Positions 21,911 through 33,800 of a stretch of 64,000 nucleotides of DNA are shown in pieces; position 1 is the stretch's first letter; each line of letters opens with the position of its first letter. The position numbers were made by a program, and so were the translations under genes. The notes beneath the pieces are model-generated. The model was given only the letters and a program-made list of their open reading frames with translations, was not told the DNA's origin and did not search any database. The stretch covers positions 186,001-250,000 of the forward strand of contig NW_027271183.1 of assembly GCF_040938485.1 (NCBI RefSeq), given 5' to 3'. Source of the DNA: Diadema antillarum. Its lineage: Eukaryota.

Positions 21911-23023
21911 GAGATACATCCACTGCCAACAAACTAGTGGCAGCACGCTAGTAACTGTACAGTAGGAATCAGTGGGAATGCTGGGGGTTGATTGTTCCAC
22001 TTCTTGTGGGATTCATTTAAGAGTACATTATATCTATTGTTTTGTGAAAATTATTTGTTTCAGAATGGTCTCATATTTAAGTAATGTGCAGTTTAATGTT
22101 TCCAAGTTAGCATGCCTGTACAGTGACAGGGCATTAAACTGCACAGTGCTTGAATATAAGACCGTTCTGAAGCAAATAATTTTCACACAACCATAGATAT
22201 ATAAAGCACTCTTAAATAAATCCCACAGGAATTGGAACAATCATCCCCCAGCATTCCCACACAAGATCAACCACCAACTCATCCTCTGGCTCAACATCCA
22301 CAGACCCAAGATCAACGACCAACTCATCCTATGCACACACAGCCTTCTTCCACTGAGCAGCATCATAGCCAACATTCCTACCACCAGCACCCCATTCCAC
22401 ATGATCAAGGTCCATCCCATTTTCAGCATGCACAAGGCCAGCAAAGCACATCTCAAAATTGTCAATCACTCTCGGAAGAAAACAAATGAGTACACCCTAA
22501 CAAAGATGTAAATGAGAACTATGATCTCCTGACTCCATGTAAAGGATTAAAGGTGAAACTCGCTGACAAAATCATCGCAGTTAGTTTGCCACCCACGCCC
22601 GGTCTCCATATCTCGAATGTTGCTGCCCCCAAGCTGCAATCAGCTCCGACGCAATCTGCATCTGAACTCGGAATTGAATTCTTGTTCCAGAGCTTTCCTT
22701 ATCCCACTACTGAACTCGCCCTGTAACAATGCATGATGACATGTATCCACTTCAAACTTATTTTTGTGGTGGTGTCAGAGGTTAGAAGTATTTCTTCTTC
22801 CTTAACTATCAAACAAGAAAATGTGTATAATTAATTAAGAAGGGGGGGGGGTGGGTATTTTTTTCTATCAATATGTATCACAATACACTGTAAAACTGTA
22901 AATGATGTCATTTCACATCAAAATGATATGTCATTATCAAAATGCAAACTTTATCCTACAAAATATTGGCCTACCTATGCACCTCATAACATTTTCCTTT
23001 TTTCCGTCTTTTACATTTGTTAG

Positions 23024-24271
23024 GGGGAAGCATTTAAAGAAGCTTGGTGCCTTTGGGAGCGACTATGGACGCTTGGCTTAGATCCCATCCCTCATCCCAT
23101 GGGCAGTTCCTGTTATAGCTTTGACTGCAACATCGTCACTGGCCTTGAGGAGCGAAATGATTTCTAATTTGTCACTCACATCACCGTCAATCATCACTGA
23201 CACGCCAGATCGACCGAATATTCACTACAGCATCATCAACACGTCACAGAAAGAGCAGCCAGAAATATTCCACAGTCTAGTCCTTGAGCTTAAGGAGAAG
23301 AAACAACAAGCAGTACAAACTGTCATCTTCTGCCGCACTCACAGACAGTGTCGTTTTCTGTACAGTTACTTTTTAGGTGAATTAAGCACTGAATGCAAAC
23401 AATACTTTGCAATGTTTCATTCAACCAGTGAAGAGAGTGTGAAGGATCACGCGCTGAAGTCGTTTTCAGACCCAGATGGTGTTGTCTGTATTCTGTTTTG
23501 TACAATAGCCTTAAATTTGGTATGGGGATCAACTGCCAGAACCTGACAAGAGTTTTCCACTTTGGACCGTCAGAAGACATTGATGACTTATGTGCAGGAA
23601 TGTAGAAGAGGTGGGCGTGGTGGTGAAATTTGCACAGCAGTTTTGGTTAAGTATCGTGGTTGTACACGTCTTCCTACCAGTCAGAGGATCAAAGAGTAAA
23701 TAGAAAAATGAGACGCGGTGCAGGAGAGAACTTCTTTTGGCACCTTTCGGCGAGAAACCAGACACAAGAACGTTAATGCATACATGCTACGATGTATGTG
23801 CAAAGAAGTGCACTTGTGGTGGGGTGATGTGCTCTGACTCACAGTATGGTGACTTTGTCATCATGAGTCCTGAAGCTGAAGAGGAGGACACTTCGGTTTG
23901 CAGAAGACTGACAGAAGAAGAGAAAGCTACACTCAGGGACCAACTCACGGCATTAAAGAGAGGAGAGCTTGCAAAACCAACGGTCAACACTATACGGCGG
24001 GCATGATCTTACTGGAGCTCTACCTCAACATGTTATCGACTTGATTGTAAGAGACTGTGAGATCCTAAATAGCCAACACATCAAGTATCCATTCTCTGGA
24101 AACTCATCAAGAGTATGGGAACTCATATCGGCCTCAGGAACTATTAGTACAGATAGCAGTGGACTCAGCGCCGAGTGCTCAGCGGAGCTTTCAGATTCAA
24201 GTGAATATTCTGACTCTGACATAGATACCGAGCACAGAGGAGTTCTGATTTTTTCATTGGACTCAGATTAA
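23024..24271 (+). pseudogene. RecQ-like SF2 helicase pseudogene, probably from an AcademH transposon
   Basis: Acceptor TTAG at 23020-23023, then (W)G...AFGSDYGRL*..VPVIALTAT, DRPNIHY, VIFCRTH, AMFHST, ILFCTIA, GMGINC, VFHFGP, GRGG and CRRELLL..F. Contains stops and frameshifts. Confidence 0.8.
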
Positions 24272-25589
24272 CTTTTACATACATGTACATACACTGTACA
24301 TGTACATCATGTACACATGCCTATTAAAGGGAATTCGCGCTTCGCGCTCATGATGTGCGCAGCGCACATTATTCACTTCAGATTTTTTCAGACTTTCTTT
24401 AAACCAGCTCTCACACCCCTGTTAACTGATATATATTTTGATAAACATCTGTGCCATGAAAGGTGTCTTGTGAAGCAATTTGTAGATAGAAATCTTTTAT
24501 ATTAGTGCTGTGGACAACTTATACCTCATATGCAACATGATCAAAGCAATTTGCAAAGACTTTTCAGAGACTGAACACTTAAGTGCTTGTGGAAATCAAC
24601 AATGTAAAGTTGGATGGTGCCCTTTACCTTGTTTAAGACAAACATGGCTTTGTAGTTGAATCCAAATCTTAGCTGCAGAGAAGTTCAAGTTCATGGATTC
24701 AGTGAGTAGTATTGTAAAAAATTACTTGTAGAACGTTCTGGTTGAAATCAAACCAGATTTTTTTGACTACACAACGACCACTTGCTACCCCTGAAAAGGG
24801 TAAATTAGCTCCCCCAAAGAAAGCGAGCACCACACAGTGAGTAATCACACTTTTATTGAAAAAAAAGGTATATTAAACGTGAAATTACAAGGAACCTTTT
24901 GCATATTTATAATACAACTGAAAGTATGTCGCAAACACATTTTTGATGGAATTTGGCAACTCGTCAATCTTCCAAGACTTTTAGTGTACGGTACTAATTA
25001 TATGAAGGGTAACTAAGCGGGTATCGGTCAATGAAAGAAGATATTCCCTCCCACCCGATGGAAGTTTTTTTGCATATTTTATTTTTTTCCTTTAACTGAA
25101 GTGAACTGTGATATGCTCCTCCCCCTCTCACAGGATCCACGTCCCTGCGTCAGATGTACGGTTGTGCATATTGCATCACTGCATTTTTAGGAAACACCTG
25201 GTCTGGAGAGCCTTGGTTTATATGGCCATTTGTTAAAGGGATGGATCAGTATTGCTGGAGATAAATATAGGCTTTTAACTTTCTGTGAGATAACAAGAAA
25301 CCACTTACGAAATAATACAGAGCATACATTATTCTAAGAGGAAATCAAAGTTTATAAGATGATAGTTGGTTTTGGAATGCCCGAGACATCCAAAAACACA
25401 GTAAAACAAAGTGATATAAATAAAAGGTGGGTACCATCTTTTATTAGGATTGCTCTGTTTTGGATATCTCAGCTATTTCAAAACCAGTTAACATCAAACA
25501 AAGGTCAAATCCCTCTTAATATGACATGCCCTTCCACATTTCATACGAGGTTTCTCACTATCTCACAAAAAAAGTTATAAACTTGAAGA

Positions 25590-26250
25590 CAGGTCTTAAC
25601 CAAAACCATGAAATCGAACGAAATATAGTATCATTCATCGCTAACGACCTCCAAGCTTGACTCCTGCAATGCTGTGCTTGGGAACCTACCGGAAATGGAG
25701 ATCAAGAGACTGCAACAGGTGCAGAATATAGCTGCCAGGATAGTAACCAAGGCCTGCAAGAAGCAGCACATCTCTGCTTTCAACTCGCCACTGGCTGCCA
25801 ATTCACCTTCGCATTTAGTTTAAGATTCTCCTCCTGGTTTTCAAGTCTCTAAATGGTAGCACACCTTCGTACATTTCTGAACTCAACAAAGATAATGCCC
25901 CAACCAGAAACCTTCGGTCAACTCGTCTGCACCTTTTCCAAACACCCAGGGTTAATACCAAGTGCTACGGGCAGCGTGCTTTCAGCACCTCAGCACCAAC
26001 ACTCTGGAATTCTCTTCCTCCCCAACTCCGAGATGCATCAACTGTCAACAGCTTTAAGAACTCACAAAAAACTTTAACTATTTTCGCACTGCTATACTCT
26101 GTAATTTTCTGTAGATTAAGTTTTGTTTGTTTATTTTGTTTGTTTACTTTTTCTGTTTATGCATGTTATTACATGTACTGTGAAACGCATAGAGACTTAT
26201 GCTTGTATTAAGCACTATAAAAGATGTTATTATCATTATCATTATTATTC
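25590..26250 (+). mobile_element. 3' end of an L2-clade LINE: RT C-terminus, 3' UTR and (ATT)n-like tail
   Basis: SKLDSCNAVL.NLP...IKRLQQVQNIAARIVT, HWLPI, FKILLLVFKSLNG.TPSYISEL and YGQRAFS.SAPTLWNSLP. The tail reads GTTATTATCATTATCATTATTATT. Confidence 0.9.
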
Positions 26251-26339
26251 CTTTTTTCTTATACATTGTCTTATACTTTAAGAAATTCCGAAAAAAAACA
26301 TCATCTTATTTGAATATAGCTCACTCCTAAAACGGACTC

Positions 26340-28123
26340 AATGTTGCGCGGCGAAATCAATTTGGCATAAAAGCTCATGTTACATGCAACTAAAACAGAG
26401 AACCACTAAAGAAGGACGACAGTACAGTGCGGGCCTGATTTTGAAAACTACAAATCTGGAATCATCTTCTACAATAATACCTGCCTACAGCAACAGCTGT
26501 CAAACCCAACTCTAGAAAAAAAAAACTTCATAAATTAGACATCCATCAAAGGGTAATTTTCACCTCTCTCATAAGGACAGAAAAAAATCTTCATCTTACA
26601 GATAACACAATTTAGCAGATAAAGTTTTGCTAGTTTGTTTTGTTTCTTTGTTTACTTTTTCTGTTCAAATGCATAAAGTTATGAATGTGAAGCACATAAA
26701 AACTAATGTTACATTCAAAATTACCTCACTACATGCAAAATGGCAACTGCGAAAGTTTACGTTCTTGAGAGGTTCGAACAGAGAACCACTAAAGAAGGAC
26801 GATGGTATAGTGCGGGCATGATTTTGGACGCTACAAATCCGAAATCATCTTCTACAATGATACCTGCCTACAGCAACAACTCTGGAACCAAGCTCCAGGA
26901 AAAACTGAATAAACTCCAGGTCAACCAACGAGTCATTTTCACCTCAGTGATTAAGCTCATGTTACATTCAAAATTACCTTACTACATGCAAAATGGCAAC
27001 TGCGAAAGTTTACGTTCTTGAGAGGTTCGAACAGAGAACCACGAAAGAAGGATGACGGTTTAGTACGGGCATGATTTTGGATGCTATGAATCCGGAATCA
27101 TCATCTACAATTCTACCAGCATACTACAACCATACAGGAACAAAACTAGAAGAAAAACTTCATCAAGTAGACATCCAGCAAATGGTGACTTTCAGTGCGG
27201 GCATTATTTTGGATACTATCAATCCAGAATCATCTTCAACAATGATACCTGCCTACAGCAACAACTCTGGAACCAAACTCCAGGAAAAACTGAATAAACT
27301 CCAGGTGAACCAACGAGTCATTTTCACCTCAGTGATTAAGCTCATGTTACATTCAAAATTACCTTACTACATGCAAAATGGCAACTGCGAAAGTTTACGT
27401 TCTTGAGAGGTTCAAACAGAGAACCACGAAAGAAGGATGATGGTACAGTACGGGCATGATTTTGGATGCTATGAATCCGGAATCATCATCTACAATTCTG
27501 CCAGCATACTACAATAATACAGGAACAAAACTAGAAGAAAAACTTCATCAAGTAGACATCCAGCAAATGGCGACTTTCAGTGCGGGCATTATTTTGGATA
27601 CTATCAATCCAGAATCATCTTCCACAATAATACCTGCCTACAGCAACAACTCCAGAACCAAACTCCAGGAAAAATTCCATAAATTAGACATCTATCAAAG
27701 CTACATTTTCATCTCTGTGATAAAGACAGAGAGTTTTGTTTATTTGATATGTTTTTTTTTTATACTTTTTTCTGTTTATGCATAATGTTATGAATGTGAA
27801 ACACATAGAAACTTAAGCTTGTATTATGCGCTATATAAGATATCATTAATATTATCATTATCATTATTACTCATTTTTTCTTAATACATTGTCTTATACT
27901 TCCTTAAAAAGAAAAGTCCCCCAAAAAGATAATCTCATTTGAATATCGCGCATTCTAAAAACGGACTCGTAATAATGCATACTACTAGTATACGTATATT
28001 ACTAATGTTGTGCGGCGGAATCAATTTGGCATTTATCAAGATACAAAAGCTCATGTTACATTAGAGATTACCTTATTATGTGCAAAATTGCAACTGCTAT
28101 TACAAAGTTTACGTTCTTGAGAG

Positions 28124-28162
<39 letters not shown>

Positions 28163-28600
28163 TATTTGGCATTTGCAAAACAATACAAGTGATAACAGAG
28201 AAACACAATAAACAGGTTTTAACAGAGAACCACAAAAGAAAGACAACAATACAGTGCAGGTATGACTTTGGATGACCGAAATCATCTTCTACAATTCTAC
28301 CGGCCTATTGCACCAACGCACAAACAAAACTAGAAGAAAAACTTCATCAAGTAGACATCCATCAAATGGTGACTTTCAGTGCGGGAATTATTTTGGATAC
28401 TACCAATCTGGAATCATCTTCCACAATAATACCTGCCTACAGCAACAACTCTGGAACCAAACTCCAGGAAAAACTCCATGAATTAGACATCCATCAAAGA
28501 GTGATTTTTCACCTCTGTGATTAGGAGGGAGAGGAGTCTTTGTCTTAATGACAACTCAAAGGTATATACATATCAGCTATTCTCAGCATGTTCTTATTAC
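26340..28600 (+). repeat. Complex tandem array of a decayed ~85-aa OB-fold-like ORF interleaved with copies of the L2 3' UTR
   Basis: ATG units at 26740, 26993 and 27378 (periods 253 and 385 bp), with degenerate units near 26385 and 28087 and an internal 132-bp module duplicated. Confidence 0.8.
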
Positions 28601-29377
28601 AAATGAATCACAAATTATAAATCATCATGTCAGAAATTAAACAGAACAAGTCTGTAACAAATGTCACATGCTTTAGTATTATCAAAATACTAGACTAGGT
28701 CTATCCCACATTCATGAAAATTACCTTAAATATTGTGCGATATACAATTAATGTATTTTGATCAAAATTGGCAATAGCAAAGATTTTGTTATTTTCAGCT
28801 TATTTAAACATAATTTGAACATCCTAAAACTCATCCTCTCTCACTTCAATGCCTACACTTGTTTGAATGCAACTCATAAACGTTGTTAGCACAGACAGCG
28901 CACTAACAGTACTGATAGCAATGATTTGACCTCACAGAAGCGTGCTGTTATTCGAAATCACTATAAGGGCTGTTAGCCTAACATTTCGAGGCCGCCCAGA
29001 AATAACAGTAGTGGTGATGTTTTAACAACACACTAACAGTGCCAGGGGCACCGATTGTGAAAATGTTAGTGAGTATCATTTTTTTGCGTGTGCTGTAACT
29101 TCAGTTGTCTCCTGTTTTTATACCATGTAGACATACTTCAAAATAGATTGACCTAGACCTCATCAAGAATGAAGGGGGTTGTGGGTGAGATAGATTTTGC
29201 TAATGATGACACGAGGAGACCAAGATATGATCCTTTTCAAGAAGAAAGTGGAAGTGATTTTTTTCCCCCCAGGAAATATCTGTGTTCCAAAGGTGTGCCC
29301 TTTTGACGTTTTAACAGTTAGGTCCTGCTCGGGAAAGAACACTACATATTGTACCCTAAATACAATCAATGCAACAT

Positions 29378-29575
29378 AAAGGACAGGACCATCTTCTGAT
29401 AGACATGCAGGTTGAGTGAATGCAGCAAGATAATACATCAGTGAAAGTTTGAGGAAAATCGAACAATCCGTTCAAAAGTTATGAATTTTTGAAGTTTCTG
29501 CTAAGTCACTGCTGGATGAGAAGACTACTACAGGTTGTGATGTCACATGTGTAGAACAATATAAAGAAAATAACA
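29378..29575. mobile_element. Single arm of the Kolobok-like MITE family seen complete at 39958 and 54207
   Basis: Shares GGTTGAGTGAATGCAGCAA...CATCAGTGAAAGTTTGAGGAAAAT...CAATCCGTTCAAAAGTTATGAATTTTTGAAG with those copies. Confidence 0.75.
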
Positions 29576-29629
29576 TTTTTACATGTTGAATTTTCACGCT
29601 TAATTCCGAAAGCTTATCTCAAAAGGTAA

Positions 29630-29990
29630 GTGAAGCAGATGAAAGCTGAGAGAAAGAAGATTCTGGGACAGGTTGATGACCTGGAAAATCGAGGTCGGAG
29701 GTGCAACTTCTTGTTTAAGTGTTCAAGAGTCTCCATGTGAAAACTGCTATGATACTGTCAACAAAATACTTTGGGATTTCATCGGTCTTCCTCTGGACGT
29801 GATTCACATCGCAAGATGCCGCAGAAATCCTCCATCAGTACAACAAAGAAATGATCAGAAAAATCAGAACAATCCAAGAGTCATACATGTGGCGTTTGCT
29901 ACATTTTCAGAAAAGGAAAGAGTTCACCACACTAGCATCACTAAGTTCAAGGAGGGTCATTTTAAAGGTCACAAAAGGTTTTGTCATGAT
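29630..29990 (+). pseudogene. LINE ORF1 (L1/CR1-type, Transposase_22-like) fragment
   Basis: QVDDLENRGRRCNFLF, then after a frameshift QESPCENCYDTVNKIL..IGLP...HIARC...PRVIHVAFATFSEKERV. Confidence 0.75.
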
Positions 29991-30877
29991 AAAAAGGGAA
30001 ACACTTAGATGGGATTACTGCACGACACTCTGCCTGTGCTTGTTATACAGTAACTCTGCACTGCCATCAAGTATAACATGCACTGGAATCATTTGTTAAG
30101 CCTATGCATCAATTACCTGGAGTACCCAAAAGAGCAGTACCTCATTATGCAGAGATTACTGTACAACACAAATTTGTTTGTACATAAACTGCATAATACC
30201 AAACCTCTGACATAGCATTATCTATAAGCCAGTTCGGGGTTCCACTTTGAGCATGAGCAGAAAAAGGTCATCTGTACCGGCAGAGCATGTTGGCTTTTTA
30301 TTCACTGAGATAAGCATCTGTGATGTACTGATTATTCAAGTGATCATTATGAGTGGTGCTTGCCAGCACATCCACCTGACAGCAAAAGTGATATTTGACA
30401 ATATCAATAGAAAAAGATTATTAATACATTCAATGCAAAATAATGAAATGGATGCTTTCCAAAGTGCTAATTGATGGATCATTCCGGTCACCTGGTCTAC
30501 GCAAGTTCATCCTTTGTTTCAACTGAAATACCTTCTCTCGCTTGAAAACGCGTGGAGTGCCTAATCAACTGAGAAAGAAGAAAGGTCATTTGTACCGATG
30601 TGCCCATGAGCCAACCCCGAACTGGCTTATTGCCTACATGGTTGTAGGAGATGACATCAATAGAGGATATAAATGCAGTCTTCAAGGAAGTAAAACTTTC
30701 TAGAAATCAGTGCTCGGTTTCCTCAGTTGCAACGGATTCCACCTCATTGGCCCCGACAGTACTCACTCTCCATGCAGGTATTCCTGAATGCCGTTATGAG
30801 TTATCATGCTCTTTCACGACAGCGTTCCTCTCGAGATTTAAGAGTAGTCACTCACTCCAGTGATGCGGGGTCAACGG

Positions 30878-33800
30878 TCATGCTTTCCTCAGTGGGTAAA
30901 CCCTCATGTGTTCCCTCAGCTGCCCAATGGGAGTCTCCCAGTGCCGCTCAAAGTAGACATTCAGGAGCAGCTTCGACCTCGGCGCCATCTGTAAGACAGC
31001 CGGCACGTAGTGTGTGAGCAGCTCCCGCCTCTCGCTGCAAGGGTAATCACAGAGACATTCTAGCAGATTAATATTCTAACTAGGAAAAGCACTCTGAGAG
31101 CGCAAACCTCCACAAAGCAGTTAATTTCCATTCATACACACATACAATGTATATGCTGAAAATGGCTCTATTTCTCCATGATAAAAAATCCTTTGTAGTG
31201 TCTCCACCACTTGATGTGTGTGCCTCACTCAGTGATTGTACATGTACTGTATGTGCATCTAAAATACATTCAACTTGAATTTCTTTGTTTTTTGGCCCTT
31301 TTTACAATTGATACATAATCCTTCAAACAATTAAAAACAATTTCAGCATCCAGACAGTGATTTGAATCACTACTACATTCAATCATCTGTTCCTTGTGTC
31401 ATCAAGTTTTCCTGTAAATTACATCCAAATATATTTACAAATCTTTAGTTATTTTGCAAACAGACAGACAGACAATCAAACAAACCAACACCAGCAAAAA
31501 TTAACATAACCTCCTGGGCTGAGGTAATAACTAAGACTGTGCATTAGAAGAGTTCCGATAGCTCCCTTACTCAGTCCATAATGATTCACATTCTGGAACG
31601 GCTTACCGGTTCAACAACAACATATTAAAAAAACACACATTAAACACAATTTATATCGAACTGCAGTAAGGCTTACCTTCCCGACAGATTGATGGGGCCC
31701 AAAATGGCTCCCAAGGCACACATGGGCAATCTGGTTTGGACCGCTTCAAACCACTTCACAACCACCTCCCCCATAATGTTGATGGGCATGTCTAGGAGGG
31801 TGTGGTAGAAGTCGTGGACCTCCCGGTAACGCTGGAGAACATACGCTAGGTCTGGATCGTCGACGAAGCGCACAGGTGCTCTTGTATCAGCTGAGATGTT
31901 CTATGGAGAATTGATACAACGTAACATACATGTTCTGACTTGCTAAAGATCTGATTTTCATAAACTTAAAATATCTATTCCCGCTTCAAAGTATCAGGGC
32001 CATGTGCTATTAAAAGTGCACCTGTACTCAAACGTCATAAAAGATGTTTTAAGGGATATTTGTCATCATGTAGTGTATTACATATACTCCTTTTTTTTTT
32101 CAACAGTACGATACATTTAACTTCTTGCGAATGAGTCTCTCTTTTTAACTTACATACACACAAAAATGAAACCATCAATTTGAATTAAGTTTATCAAATG
32201 CAAACTACTACATTGAGACTGTGTGATGAAAGCCACAATTTTTTTGTTCAAAAATTTCAGTTGGGATTTCCTATTTAAATGACTGAAACAAAGAAACAAA
32301 GAAATAATGAAACTCACATTGGACACCATGAAATCATGATACATCTTTCCAAATGTGTCATCTGGTAGACCAGCCAGGTATTGCATATCAACAGTCTTGT
32401 GACTGATGCGAGGTCTCTCCCTGTGAGAGCAAGAAACAGAGAGAGAGAGAGAGAAATAGTGAGGGTGAATGGTATTAAAGATGGCACGGTGCACATTTTA
32501 AAGGCATTATTTACCATTTGCAGATGAAACAAAAACCCAGCTTAAGTGCTTCAAAATACATCTAAAATGTGAGTTAGGGATAGTAACAACCAATGTAAAA
32601 ATGTCAATCAGTATAATCAATGAACCATAGTTAATAATAGAATTGTTTCAATAATAAAACGTCTACAGTTATGGTTTATTGATAAAAATAGTGATATCTC
32701 TGTATATTTAGGCTTTATTGCAAAATTTCAATATGGCATGATGAACTTTTTGTGATACAAGTGACCTACAGAGTACTCATATGCATCAAATGTGATAACT
32801 CGAATATTTCTTTAAATCACTGCTCCCAAAGGTAAAACAATACCTTTAAGCCTTAGTAAGTGCATTCTATTGCTACCATGACAAAGTTAAAACCCCACTC
32901 TAAACTGAGAAGTTCTGTCACATTCACATCTGAAGATGGTTTTTTAACATTAGAAATTGATTAATTATACTACATGACACAAAATATTCACTTGTTCTAA
33001 ACGATAAGTTAGTTGCACTACAAAAGAAATAAAAAATAAGTATTAGTAATAAAATCAGGTGATTTCAAGTTTATGTTAGATTTGCTAGAAGATTTTCATA
33101 CACATTGAGATGGGAAAAATCTGAAGAGCATCATGCTGATTAGTTTAATTTCACTTCAATCATGAATCGAACTTGATATGAAAAATAAAAATGAAGAGAT
33201 AAAATTTGAACATCAAATATACAAGCTTGACCTGTTTTAAACTTCAGCTTTCATTTTTTGGGACCACTGTTTGATCAATGCTTCAATCACGGCACTCACT
33301 CACATGGGCGTCACCAGGGGGGGTGCGTTGGGTGCGAACGCACCCCCCTTCAGCCTGAAAAAAAAAAACAAAAAAAAAAAACAACTTCAGTCTGCGAGCG
33401 ATCTCAACGCCGGACACTAAATGATTATTATTTTTTATCTATTGTTTTGTTTTTTTTTTTGAAATTTTACATCGGGGACAAAAAAAAAAAAAAAATCTTG
33501 GGCAAAAGCAATTCGCACCCCTGGTTCTGGCAACACTGATTTTATACATATCTACTAGTACAAGTGTATTCTATACAGTGTTGACGATATACATAGATTT
33601 TGACATCCTTCCCATACTTGGTCACTTCGACGCCACCTCGCTGGAAATACCTCCCCCAGTCATGAACATAAACCGACACCCCTGACTACCAGTTGCGGAT
33701 CCAGGGGGAGGGGCGCACCGGGCGTCCCCCCCCCCCCGCCCCCTCTTAATTTCCAAAGCGAAAAAGTATAGCTATACAAACGGCAGTTTTTGTACTGTAA

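Noticed and set aside
24420-24870. Possible minus-strand Academ transposase tail next to the helicase
   Set aside because: Only a weak FD....H...D resemblance with several stops; not supportable without a profile search.
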